From NCBI GenBank assembly GCA_035303865.1, contig DATGRC010000302.1, positions 1 through 48,864 on the forward strand: 48,864 bases of DNA. The letters run 5' to 3'. The translations under genes were made by a program, and so were the position numbers. Shown here one piece after another: positions 26,285 to 34,601 of this stretch (the first letter of the stretch is position 1; every line of letters begins with the position of its first letter). A model generated the notes under the pieces. The model searched no databases. It was not told the DNA's origin and saw only the letters and a list, made by a program, of their open reading frames with translations. The DNA is from Acidimicrobiales bacterium. Its GTDB lineage: Bacteria > Actinomycetota > Acidimicrobiia > Acidimicrobiales > VFJN01.

Positions 26285-28153
26285 TTGGGCACCTTGTCGA
26301 TCCTCCCTTCCATCACGTGCCCGGCCGACCTCCGCGAGCTGTCGTACGACCAGCTGACGCAGCTCGCCGCCGAGATCCGGGAGTTCGTCGTCGACGCCGT
26401 GTCCCGAGCCGGCAGCGGGCACCTGGGGTCGAACCTCGGTGCGGTCGAGCTCACGCTGGCCCTGCACCGGGTGTTCGACTCGCCCCGGGACATCATCCTG
26501 TGGGACACCGGCCACCAGGCCTACGTGCACAAGATCGTCACCGGCCGGGCGGCGGACTTCGACACGCTCCGCAAGGAGGGCGGCCTCTCCGGCTACCCGA
26601 GCCGGGCCGAGTCGGAGCACGACTGGATCGAGAACAGCCACGCCTCCACGGTCATCAGCTACGCCCACGGCCTGGCCGTGGCCCAGGAGAGCGAGATCGG
26701 TGAGGGTCGCCGGATCGTGGCCGTCGTCGGCGACGGGTCGCTCACCGGCGGGATGGCCTTCGAGGGCCTGAACAACCTCGGCCACTCCGGCAAGCGGGCG
26801 ATCATCGTCCTCAACGACAACGGCCGGTCCTACGCCCCGACGGTGTCGAAGCTCGGCGAGAGCCTGGCCCGCCTGCGGGTGAACCCCACCTACGTCCGCA
26901 ACCGCCATCGCCTGGACCGCATCCTGTCCGAGGTCCCGGTGGTGGGTCCCCAGCTCGAGCGCAGCCTCGAGGGGATGGTGGCGGCCATGCGGGAGATGTT
27001 CGAGCCGCCCGCCTTCTTCGAGACGCTGGGCGTGCGCTACACGGGCCCGTTCGACGGCCACGACATCGAGGGCCTCGAGAAGGCGTTCCGCAACGCGGCG
27101 GAGCTGGACGGCCCGATCGTCGTGCACGTCGTCACCCAGAAGGGCCGCGGCTACGCGCCGGCGGGGAACGACTCGATCAAGCACCTCCACGACATCGGGC
27201 CCGGGATGCCCAAGCCGGGCACCTACACGGCGGCGTTCACCGAGGCGATGATCAAGGAGGCCGAGGCCCGGCCCGAGCTGGTGGCGATCACCGCCGCCAT
27301 GCCCGACTCCACCGGGCTGCTGCCCTTCGCCGAGCGGTTCCCGGACCGGCTGATCGACGTCGGCATCGCCGAGCAGCACGCGGTCACGGCAGCGGCCGGC
27401 ATGGCGATGGGCGGGCTGCGCCCGGTGTTCGCCGTGTACTCCACGTTCCTCACCCGGGCGATCGACCAGGTCACCTACGACGTGGGCCTGCACCGCCAGC
27501 CGGTGGTGTTCTGCCTGGACCGCGCCGGGATCACCGGCGACGACGGGCCGTCGCACCACGGGATCCTCGACATGGCGCTGCTCACCAAGGTGCCGGGGAT
27601 GACGCTGTTCGCGCCGTCGTCGTACCAGGAGCTCGGCCAGATGCTCCACGACGCGCTGGAGCTCTGCACCGATGGCCCGGCCGCCATCCGCTGGCCGAAG
27701 ACGCCGGCTCCGTCGGTGGGCCCGGACGAGGTGGGCTCGGGGCTCAGCGCCCGCAAGGCCCGCACCGGCCGGGACATGTGCTTCCTCGCGGTGGGCAAGA
27801 TGCTGGCCGCGGCCCAGGGGGCGGCCGAGCAGCTGGCCGCCGAGGGCATCGAGGCCACGGTCTGGGACGTGCGGGTGGTGCCGCTCGACCCGGCGATGGT
27901 GGCCGACGCCGCCGAGCACCCGATCGTCATCACCGTCGAGGACGGGATCCGCCAGGGCGGGGTGGGGTCGATGATCGCCGACGCCGTCGCCGACCTCGAC
28001 CATCCCGGCCCCAAGCCCCGGGTGAAGGTGCTCGGGGTCCCGGTGACCTACATCGACCACGCCAAGGCCGACGCCATCCTGGCCCGCCTCGGCCTGGACG
28101 CCGACGGCCTCGCCCGCGAGGCCCGCGCCCTCGTCGCCGCCCTCCGCGCCTGA
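26285..28153 (+). CDS. dxs: 1-deoxy-D-xylulose-5-phosphate synthase
   Basis: Sequence reads LSILPSITCPADLRELS...GHLGSNLGAVELT.ALH..F..P.D...WDTGHQAYVHKI.TGR...GDGSLTGGMAFE.LN...AEQHAVT.AAG.A. The start is ambiguous: TTG 26285 (AGAGG upstream) or TTG 26294. Confidence 0.9.
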   Translation: MGTLSILPSITCPADLRELSYDQLTQLAAEIREFVVDAVSRAGSGHLGSNLGAVELTLALHRVFDSPRDIILWDTGHQAYVHKIVTGRAADFDTLRKEGGLSGYPSRAESEHDWIENSHASTVISYAHGLAVAQESEIGEGRRIVAVVGDGSLTGGMAFEGLNNLGHSGKRAIIVLNDNGRSYAPTVSKLGESLARLRVNPTYVRNRHRLDRILSEVPVVGPQLERSLEGMVAAMREMFEPPAFFETLGVRYTGPFDGHDIEGLEKAFRNAAELDGPIVVHVVTQKGRGYAPAGNDSIKHLHDIGPGMPKPGTYTAAFTEAMIKEAEARPELVAITAAMPDSTGLLPFAERFPDRLIDVGIAEQHAVTAAAGMAMGGLRPVFAVYSTFLTRAIDQVTYDVGLHRQPVVFCLDRAGITGDDGPSHHGILDMALLTKVPGMTLFAPSSYQELGQMLHDALELCTDGPAAIRWPKTPAPSVGPDEVGSGLSARKARTGRDMCFLAVGKMLAAAQGAAEQLAAEGIEATVWDVRVVPLDPAMVADAAEHPIVITVEDGIRQGGVGSMIADAVADLDHPGPKPRVKVLGVPVTYIDHAKADAILARLGLDADGLAREARALVAALRA

Positions 28154-28182
28154 CGCGCCGCGGCCGGCGCCGGCAGCGCAGC

Positions 28183-28214
28183 CGACGGGCGGCCGTCCCG
28201 ACGGGCGGCCGTCC
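28183..28214. repeat. Perfect tandem duplication of a 16-nt unit (CGACGGGCGGCCGTCC x2)
   Basis: Read directly: 28183-28198 equals 28199-28214. It lies in the convergent spacer between dxs and the Nfu gene. Confidence 0.9.
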
Positions 28215-28257
28215 GGTCAGCGGGGCGCCCGCGAACCGCCGGTTCGGGCTCGACGGA

Positions 28258-28893
28258 TCAGTAGAAGGGGTTCTCGCCCGCCGCGTGGTCGGTGGTGTCG
28301 ATGACCTCGGTGATCTCGGGGATGGCCTCGGTGATGGACCGGGCGATGCCGTCGCGCAGCGTCATGGCGGACACGGCGCAGCCCTGGCAGCCGCCGCCCA
28401 TGGTGACGTAGGCCTTCTCCCCCTCGACGCCGACGAGGTTGGCGAAGCCGCCGTGGGCGGCGAGGGCGGGGTTGATCTGCTCGCGCAGGAGCTGCTCGAT
28501 CCGCTCGGTGACGGTGCCGGTGAGCTCGAGGTTGCGCCCGGCCAGGGGGTTGGGCCGGTTGGGATTGCGCAGCACGAGCCCGGGCCCGCCGCCTGTGGGG
28601 ACCGCGAGGGTGGCGCCGGTGAGCTGCTCGATGCTGCCGGCGGGGACGATCACCGGCAGGCCGTCCTGCTGGAACACGGCGTCGGCCTCGCCGGCCGCGG
28701 CGACCGGATCGAACGTGAGGTCGTAGGCGTACTCGACGCCGTTGGTGCCGGTGACCTCGATGCGCAGCCCGAGGCTGTCGGCATCCTCTTCGGCCTCCCG
28801 CAGCTCGAGGATGCGGGCGACGGCCTCCGGCGTGACCGTCAGCACGGTCGTGTCGGTGCTGTCCTGGACCGGGGGCGTGGTGACGTCGGCCAT
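28258..28893 (-). CDS. Fe-S cluster biogenesis protein of NfuA architecture (Cys-less A-type domain plus NifU C-terminal CxxC domain)
   Basis: 211 aa. The N-terminal HesB-like segment (LTVTPEAVARILELR...GLRIEVTG) has no Cys. The C-terminal part reads INPALAAHGGFANLVGVEGEKAYVTMGGGCQGCAVSAMTL. Confidence 0.8.
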   Translation of the reverse strand: MADVTTPPVQDSTDTTVLTVTPEAVARILELREAEEDADSLGLRIEVTGTNGVEYAYDLTFDPVAAAGEADAVFQQDGLPVIVPAGSIEQLTGATLAVPTGGGPGLVLRNPNRPNPLAGRNLELTGTVTERIEQLLREQINPALAAHGGFANLVGVEGEKAYVTMGGGCQGCAVSAMTLRDGIARSITEAIPEITEVIDTTDHAAGENPFY

Positions 28894-29142
28894 GCCCCCA
28901 GGCTAACGAGGGGATCGGCGCCGTCCTCCTCGTCGAGCCGCGCCGGCCACGCGCCGTGGCCGGCTCGACGCGGTTCGCGCCGGGCGGGGGTGCCGATGGC
29001 CCGGGTCGACCATCGAAAATGGGCCGATCGACCCTGGCAGAGCGCGTGTCAGAAGTCTTGGATGGTCACATCGCACGGGTCGCTCCGTCGGAGCCGCCCG
29101 GTGCACCTGGCCCCGGCCGATGCGTTCGGCCGGGCTCCGGAT

Positions 29143-29175
29143 GCGGTCGAGCTCCGGCGGGCGGAGCTCGACCGC
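29143..29175. terminator. 13-bp perfect-stem hairpin just downstream of the ABC-F stop codon
   Basis: GCGGTCGAGCTCC-ggcgggc-GGAGCTCGACCGC. It lies 17 nt beyond the minus-strand stop at 29192-29194. A second hairpin (CCCGGCCGA-tgcgt-TCGGCCGGG, 29112-29134) follows. Confidence 0.5.
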
Positions 29176-29191
29176 GCCCCGGACCCCGGGG

Positions 29192-30997
29192 TCAGCGGGA
29201 CTCGAGCTCGGCCCCGAGCTCGAGCCAGCGCTCCTCCACCTCGGCCTGGCGGGCCTGGACGGCCGCCACCTCGGCGCCGAGGCGGGCCAGGGCCTCGTGG
29301 TCGCCCGCCGCGGCGGCGTCCGCCACCGCGGCGTCCAGGCGCGCCGCCTCGCGGGCGAGGCGGGCCAGCTCCCGGTCGGCCTCCTTCATGAGGTGGCGCA
29401 GCGTGCTGGGCGAGCGGCCCGGGCTGGTGGTGGCGGCTCGGCGGGCCCTGCCCTCACCGACGCCGGTGCCCGCCGGGGCCCGGGCCGGCGACACCGAAGG
29501 CGCCACCCGGCCGCCGGCGGTGGTCCGGGCGCGCCGCTCGGCCTCCCAGGCGGCGAGGCCCCCGGGGCGCCGGCCGGCGGTGCCCTCGCCGTCGAGGACG
29601 ACCACGTCGGTGACGGTCCGCTCGAGGAAGGCCCGGTCGTGGGACACGACCACGAGCGCGCCGGGCCAGTCGTCGAGGAAGTCCTCGAGGGCCCGGAGCG
29701 TGTCGAGGTCGAGGTCGTTGGTGGGCTCGTCGAGGAGGAGCACGTTGGGCTTCTGGGCGAGCGCCAGCATGAGCTGCACCCGGCGGCGCTCCCCGCCCGA
29801 GAGCAGCGAGATCGGGGCCCACTGGGCGTCGGCGTCGAACCAGAACGCCTCGAGGAGCCGGGCGTCGGTCCAGTCGGGCTGGCGGGTGGGGCCGGCCACC
29901 GCCTCGCGGACCCGCTGGTCCGGGTCGAGCGTCGCGCCCTGCTGGTCGTAGACGGCGAGGCGCACCGTCGAGCCGTGCACCACCCGGCCCTCCCGGGGGG
30001 TGCGGCGGCCGGCCAGCACATCGAGCAGGGTGGACTTGCCGGCCCCGTTCGGTCCCACGATGCCGAGGCGCTCGCGGGGATCCAGGGCCAGGTCGAGGCC
30101 CCGGAACAGCCAGCGGTCCCCGTAGCCGTCGCCGACGCCGTGGAGCTCCACCACCTGGTCGCCGAGGCGGGGCGTGTCGAAGTGCAGGGGCAGGTCGCCG
30201 CTGCGGGCGGCGGCCTCGGCCTTGGCGCCGACGAGCGCGGTGGCGGCGGCCACCCGGGCCTGGGGCTTGCGGGTGCGGGCCGGCGCGCCCCGCCGGAGCC
30301 AGGCCAGCTCGGCTCGGGCCAGGTTCCGGCGCTTGGCCTCGGCGACCGCGCTCCGCTCCTCCCGCTCGGCCCGGGCGTCGAGCCACGCCTGGTAGCCGCC
30401 CACGTGCACGTAGCCGCGGCCCCGGTCGAGCTCGAGGACGACGTTGGTGACCCGGTCGAGGACGTGGCGGTCGTGGGTGACGAGCACGAGCCCGCCGGGG
30501 AAGCGGGCCAGCCAGTCCTCCAGCCAGGCGATGGCGTCGAGGTCGAGGTGGTTGGTGGGCTCGTCGAGGATCAGGAGGTCGCCCTCGTCGGCGTGCCCGC
30601 CGGGGCCGCCGACGGCGACGAGCGCCTGGGCCAGCGCCACCCGCTTGCGCTGGCCGCCGGAGAGGGTGGCCACGTCGGCGTCGAGGCTGCCGCCCATGCC
30701 CAGCCGCTCGAGGACGGCTTCCCCCTCCCAGCCGCCGCCGACGACGGCGCGGACGGTGCCGGCGGGCAGCGGGGCGTCCTGGTCGAGGACCGACACCCGG
30801 GCGCCGCGGCCGCGACGGACGGTGCCGGCGTCGGGCTCGCGGGTGCCGGCCAGCACCTGGAGGAGCGTCGACTTGCCGCAGCCGTTGATGCCGACCACGC
30901 CGAGCCGGTCCCCGCTGGCCACCGTGACCGACAGGTCGGCGAAGAGCGGCTTGCCGGGGCGGCTTACGGCCAGCTCGGCGGCGTCGACGAGGATCAC
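29192..30997 (-). CDS. ABC-F family ATPase (Uup/Etta-like, no TM domain) with C-terminal coiled coil
   Basis: Start taken at GTG 30997 (GGAGG 8 nt upstream). It has two ABC cassettes: GINGCGKSTL...LSGGQRKRVALAQAL...LILDEPTNHLD and GPNGAGKSTL...LSGGERRRVQL...LLLDEPTNDLD. Confidence 0.85.
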   Translation of the reverse strand: MILVDAAELAVSRPGKPLFADLSVTVASGDRLGVVGINGCGKSTLLQVLAGTREPDAGTVRRGRGARVSVLDQDAPLPAGTVRAVVGGGWEGEAVLERLGMGGSLDADVATLSGGQRKRVALAQALVAVGGPGGHADEGDLLILDEPTNHLDLDAIAWLEDWLARFPGGLVLVTHDRHVLDRVTNVVLELDRGRGYVHVGGYQAWLDARAEREERSAVAEAKRRNLARAELAWLRRGAPARTRKPQARVAAATALVGAKAEAAARSGDLPLHFDTPRLGDQVVELHGVGDGYGDRWLFRGLDLALDPRERLGIVGPNGAGKSTLLDVLAGRRTPREGRVVHGSTVRLAVYDQQGATLDPDQRVREAVAGPTRQPDWTDARLLEAFWFDADAQWAPISLLSGGERRRVQLMLALAQKPNVLLLDEPTNDLDLDTLRALEDFLDDWPGALVVVSHDRAFLERTVTDVVVLDGEGTAGRRPGGLAAWEAERRARTTAGGRVAPSVSPARAPAGTGVGEGRARRAATTSPGRSPSTLRHLMKEADRELARLAREAARLDAAVADAAAAGDHEALARLGAEVAAVQARQAEVEERWLELGAELESR

Positions 30998-31043
30998 GGG
31001 CGCATCCTCCCAGACGGTCCCCGACCGTCGGCAACCGCCTCGG

Positions 31044-31049
31044 TACGGT
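31044..31049 (+). promoter_or_regulatory. -10 hexamer TACGGT 6 nt upstream of the ATG at 31056 (leaderless-type)
   Basis: The geometry is TANNNT-N6-ATG with no SD. The inverted repeat GACGGTC-ccc-GACCGTC (31013-31029) lies just upstream. Confidence 0.35.
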
Positions 31050-31055
31050 CGGGTC

Positions 31056-31874
31056 ATGGGCCGCGACGGCATCCTCTCCGACCCCATCGACCTCGACGGT
31101 CGACGTCGCGACCCGGGGCCGAGGCGGGTCCCGGCCCGGCGGGGCGTCGTCGTCGAGCACCGGGCCAGCGGCGTGGTCGGCTCGATCGTGTCGTTCAACC
31201 CGCAGGTGGTGGTGCTGAACGACCGGTTCGGGCGCAACCGGCCGCTGCGGGTGGAGCCCGGCGGGTTCCTCGTGGACGGCGAGGTGGCCACGCTCGTGCC
31301 GCCGGCGGCCGCGCCGAAGGCCCCGCCGCGCACCGCCTCAGGGTCGGTGGCCAGCAGCGACCGGCGGGCCAAGGTGGCTCGGGCCAGCCGGATCCTGGTG
31401 GAGGGCGTCCACGACGCCGAGCTCGTCGAGAAGGTGTGGGGCGACGACCTGCGCGACGTCGGGGTGGTCGTCGAGCGGCTGGACGGGATGGACGACCTCG
31501 AGGCCGTGGTGCGGGATCTCGACCCGGGGCCGGGCCGGCGCCTCGGCGTGCTGCTCGACCACCTCGTCGAGGGGTCGAAGGAGTCCCGCATGGCGGCGGT
31601 GGTCCGCCACCCGCACGTGCTCGTCACCGGCATCCCGTTCGTGGACGTGTGGGCGGCGGTGCGACCCAAGGTGGCGGGGATCCCGGCGTGGCCCGACGTG
31701 CCGCGGGGCGTGCCGTGGAAGGAGGGGGTGCTGCGGGCGCTCGGCGTCGACGCCCACCCGGGGGCGTTCTGGAAGCAGCTGCTCGGCCGGGTCCGCACCT
31801 ACGCGGACCTGGAGCCGGCCCTCGTCGGCGCCGTCGAGCAGCTCATCGACTTCGTGACCGACCCGGGCGAGTAG
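31056..31874 (+). CDS. DUF3097-family actinobacterial protein
   Basis: 272 aa, taken from ATG 31056 in track ORF 30444..31874. Sequence reads ...ILVEGVHDAELVEKVWGDDLR..GVVVE.L.G.D.L......F.P.PG.RLGVL.DHLV.GSKE, as remembered for DUF3097. Confidence 0.6.
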   Translation: MGRDGILSDPIDLDGRRRDPGPRRVPARRGVVVEHRASGVVGSIVSFNPQVVVLNDRFGRNRPLRVEPGGFLVDGEVATLVPPAAAPKAPPRTASGSVASSDRRAKVARASRILVEGVHDAELVEKVWGDDLRDVGVVVERLDGMDDLEAVVRDLDPGPGRRLGVLLDHLVEGSKESRMAAVVRHPHVLVTGIPFVDVWAAVRPKVAGIPAWPDVPRGVPWKEGVLRALGVDAHPGAFWKQLLGRVRTYADLEPALVGAVEQLIDFVTDPGE

Positions 31875-31908
31875 CCCGGTCGGCCAGGGGGCGGGGCGGG
31901 GGCGCGTA

Positions 31909-32637
31909 GTGTCGGCGGCCATGTCCGACGCTCCTGCTGCCGAAGCCGTCACCTGGACCGTGGAGGACGGCGTGGCCGTCGTCCGGATCGACGACGGCAA
32001 GGTCAACGTGATCAGCCACCGGGTCCTCGAGCGGCTCCACGAGGCGCTCGACGTCGCGGCGGCCGAGGCTCGGGCCGTCGCCATCGTCGGTCGGCCCGGC
32101 AAGCTCTCGGCTGGCTTCGACCTCACGGAGATGACCGCGGGCCCCGACCGCACCCGCGCCCTGGTGAGCGCCGGAGCGAGGTTCCTGCTCCGCCTCTACG
32201 ACCACCCCCAGCCGGTGGCGGTGGCGGTGACCGGCCACGCGCTCGCCGCCGGGGCGCTGCTGGTGCTGTCCTGCGACACCCGCATCGGCGCCGACGGCCC
32301 GGCCAAGATCGGCCTCAACGAGACCCAGATCGGGATGGCCCTCCCCGAGTTCGCGGTGGCGCTGGCGGAGGCCCGCCTCTCCCCCACCCACCTCACCCGG
32401 GCCACGATCCAGGGCGAGGTGTTCGACCCGGCCGGCGCGCTGGCCGCCGGGTACCTCGACCGGGTCGTCCCGGCCGAGGAGTGCGAGGCCGTCACCATCG
32501 CGGAGGCCCGCCGCCTGGGCGCGCTCCGCGCCGGGGCCTACGCCTACACGAAGTCCTCGCTGCGGCGGCCCATGGTCGAGCGCCTCCTCGCCAACCTCGA
32601 CGCCGACATGGCCACCCTCACCGCCCCCGACACCTGA
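31909..32637 (+). CDS. Enoyl-CoA hydratase/isomerase (crotonase) family protein
   Basis: Sequence reads VVRIDDGKVNV...GRPGKLSAGFDL...AVTGHALAAGALLVLSCDTRIG...NETQIGMALP. An alternative ATG at 31921 lies 8 nt after a TAGTGT hexamer and may be the true start. Confidence 0.8.
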   Translation: MSAAMSDAPAAEAVTWTVEDGVAVVRIDDGKVNVISHRVLERLHEALDVAAAEARAVAIVGRPGKLSAGFDLTEMTAGPDRTRALVSAGARFLLRLYDHPQPVAVAVTGHALAAGALLVLSCDTRIGADGPAKIGLNETQIGMALPEFAVALAEARLSPTHLTRATIQGEVFDPAGALAAGYLDRVVPAEECEAVTIAEARRLGALRAGAYAYTKSSLRRPMVERLLANLDADMATLTAPDT

Positions 32638-32646
32638 CCCAAGGGC

Positions 32647-32740
32647 GAGGCAATAGGTCCCGCGACCGCCCGCCTGAGGCATTGCGTCCCACATGTGGGA
32701 CGCAATGCCTCGGGCCCGGGCGAGCGGGACGCATTGCCTC
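32647..32740. repeat. Nested palindromic element: a perfect 36-bp palindrome (32676-32711) enclosed by a second, compensated inverted-repeat pair (32647-32661 / 32726-32740)
   Basis: The inner palindrome is GAGGCATTGCGTCCCACA|TGTGGGACGCAATGCCTC. It can be extended by 4 pairs (GCCT/GGGC, including one G-U). The outer arms are GAGGCAATAGGTCCC and GGGACGCATTGCCTC, which pair at 13 of 15 positions. The outer-arm A/T change relative to the inner arms is compensatory. Confidence 0.85.
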
Positions 32741-32745
32741 GGGCC

Positions 32746-32755
32746 GGGGGGGGGG
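32746..32755 (+). repeat. G10 homopolymer tract in the psuG promoter region
   Basis: Ten consecutive G read directly. The tract ends 12 nt upstream of the TAGCGT hexamer at 32768, so it covers the -35/spacer position. Confidence 0.9.
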
Positions 32756-32767
32756 CGGCGGCACGGG

Positions 32768-32773
32768 TAGCGT
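32768..32773 (+). promoter_or_regulatory. -10 hexamer TAGCGT 7 nt upstream of the GTG at 32781 (leaderless-type)
   Basis: The geometry is TANNNT-N7-GTG. The alternative in-frame GTG at 32772 lies inside the hexamer. Confidence 0.3.
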
Positions 32774-32780
32774 GCTGGGG

Positions 32781-33716
32781 GTGACCGACCGCTCCGCCGC
32801 CCGCTTCGTCGTCCACCAGCCGGTCGCCGATGCGCTCGCCGAGGGCCGCCCGGTGGTGGCCCTCGAGTCGACGATCATCAGCCACGGCCTGCCCCGGCCC
32901 GACAACCTCGACGTGGCCCGCCAGATCGAGCAGGCCGTGCTCGACAACGGCGCGCTGCCGGCCACGATCGCCGTGGTCGACGGGGCGGTGCGCATCGGCC
33001 TCGACGAGGACGCCCTCGTCGAGATCGCCACGTCCGACGACGTGGTGAAGGCCAGCGTGCGCGACCTCGCCATCGTGGCGGCGCGTGGCGGCCACGCCGC
33101 CACCACCGTGGCCGCCACCGCCCACCTCGCCTCGGAGGCCGGCATCGCCGTGTTCGCCACCGGCGGCCTGGGCGGCGTCCACCGCGGTGCGGCGCACACC
33201 TTCGACGAGTCGGCCGACCTCACCAGCCTCGGCCGCCTGCCGATCACCGTCGTGTCGGCCGGGGTGAAGTCGATCCTCGACGTCGGCGCCACCCTCGAGC
33301 GGCTCGAGTCCCTCGGCGTGGCCGTGGTCGGCTACGGCACCGACCGCTTCCCGGGCTTCTACCGCCGCGACAGCGGCTTCCCCGTGGACTGGCGGGTCGA
33401 CCGCCCCGAGGAGGTGGCGGCGATCATGGAGGCCCGGGCCCGGCTCGGCACCGACGGGGCGGCGCTGGTCGTCGCCAACCCCGTCCCCGAGGAGGACCAG
33501 GTCGACGCCGAGCTGCACGACCGGGTCCTCGCCGAGGGCCTCGCGGCCGCGGAGGCGGCCGGCATCCGCGGCAAGGACGTGACCCCGTTCCTCCTCGAGC
33601 GGTTCCACCGGGAAACCGAGGGCGAGAGCCTCCGCTCGAACGTGGCGATCATCCTCGCCAACGCCGCGCTCGCCGCCCGCATCGCCGCGGCGGCCGCTCC
33701 CGCGGGCCGCCCGTGA
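32781..33716 (+). CDS. psuG: Pseudouridine-5'-phosphate glycosidase
   Basis: Sequence reads VALESTIISHGLPRPDNL...ATIAVVDG..RIGL......VKAS.RDL......G...ATTVAAT...A..AGI.VFATGGLGGVHRGA...FDESADL..L.R.P..VV.AG.KSILD, a canonical PsuG/IndA family protein. Confidence 0.85.
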   Translation: MTDRSAARFVVHQPVADALAEGRPVVALESTIISHGLPRPDNLDVARQIEQAVLDNGALPATIAVVDGAVRIGLDEDALVEIATSDDVVKASVRDLAIVAARGGHAATTVAATAHLASEAGIAVFATGGLGGVHRGAAHTFDESADLTSLGRLPITVVSAGVKSILDVGATLERLESLGVAVVGYGTDRFPGFYRRDSGFPVDWRVDRPEEVAAIMEARARLGTDGAALVVANPVPEEDQVDAELHDRVLAEGLAAAEAAGIRGKDVTPFLLERFHRETEGESLRSNVAIILANAALAARIAAAAAPAGRP

Positions 33717-34585
33717 GCGAGCCGGCGGGCCCGGAGGTCCTCGTCGTCGGCGACCTCATGGTCGACGTCGTCGTCGTGCCGTCCGGCCCGCTGAACCACG
33801 CCAGCGACGTGGCCTCGACGATCGAGATGCGCGGCGGCGGGTCGGCGGCCAACACCGCCTGCTGGCTCGGCGCGGCCGGTCGGGCCGTGCGGCTGGTGGC
33901 GATGGTGGGCGACGACGCGGCCGCCCCCGGGGCCCTGGCCCTGCTCGAGTCGTGCGGCGTGCGCTTCGCCGGCGCCGCGGTGGCGGGCAGCGCCACCGGC
34001 ACCTGCGTGGTGCTCGTGGACCCAGACGGTGAGCGCACGATGCTCCCCGACCGGGCCGCCAACGACCGGCTCGACCCCGACCTCGTGGTCGCGGCGGTCG
34101 AGGACCGACCGGCGTGGCTGCACCTGTCCGGCTACACGCTCCTCGACGAGGGGTCTCGGCCCGCCGCCCGGGCCGGGCTGGATCGGGCCCGGGCCCTCGG
34201 CGTGCCCGTGTCGGTCGACGCGTCGAGCGCCGGTCCGCTGCGGCAGCTGGGCGGCGAGCGGTTCCTCGAGTGGGTGGACGGCAGCCGCGTGCTGTTCGCG
34301 AACGACGACGAGGTGGCCGCGCTCGGCGGGCTCGACGCCTGCCGCCGCCACGTCGAGGTGGTGGTGGCCAAGCACGGTCCGCGTGGGGTGTCGTGGGTGT
34401 CGGCCGACGCCACCGTGTCGGTGCCCGCCGCCCCCACGACGGTGGTGGACACCGTCGGCGCCGGCGACGCGCTCGACGCCGGCGTCATCGACGCGCTGGT
34501 CGGCGGCGCGGGCCCCGAGGAGGCCCTGCGAGCCGGTGCCGCGCTGGCCGCCCGGGCCGTGGCCCGCGTCGGCGCCCGCCCCTGA
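33713..34585 (+). CDS. PfkB-family carbohydrate kinase, probable pseudouridine kinase
   Basis: 290 aa. Sequence reads VLVVGDLMVDVVV...GGGSAANTA.WL...DTVGAGDALDAG (PfkB signature 2). It has a GTGA start/stop overlap with psuG. Confidence 0.75.
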   Translation: MSEPAGPEVLVVGDLMVDVVVVPSGPLNHASDVASTIEMRGGGSAANTACWLGAAGRAVRLVAMVGDDAAAPGALALLESCGVRFAGAAVAGSATGTCVVLVDPDGERTMLPDRAANDRLDPDLVVAAVEDRPAWLHLSGYTLLDEGSRPAARAGLDRARALGVPVSVDASSAGPLRQLGGERFLEWVDGSRVLFANDDEVAALGGLDACRRHVEVVVAKHGPRGVSWVSADATVSVPAAPTTVVDTVGAGDALDAGVIDALVGGAGPEEALRAGAALAARAVARVGARP

Positions 34586-34601
34586 TCTGCCACCCTGGGG
34601 C

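Noticed and set aside
28239-28253. CGAACCGCCGGTTCG, resembling an actinobacterial LexA SOS box (GAAC-N4-GTTC)
   Set aside because: The spacer between GAAC and GTTC is 5 nt, not 4. The site also sits in a convergent 3' spacer with no promoter to regulate. It is more likely a small hairpin.
32676-32711. The 36-bp palindrome as terminal inverted repeats of an IS/MITE
   Set aside because: There is no transposase, no flanking target-site duplication and no internal cargo. The arms are contiguous. The mobile-element call is not supported, though a REP-like repeat remains possible and is reported as a finding.
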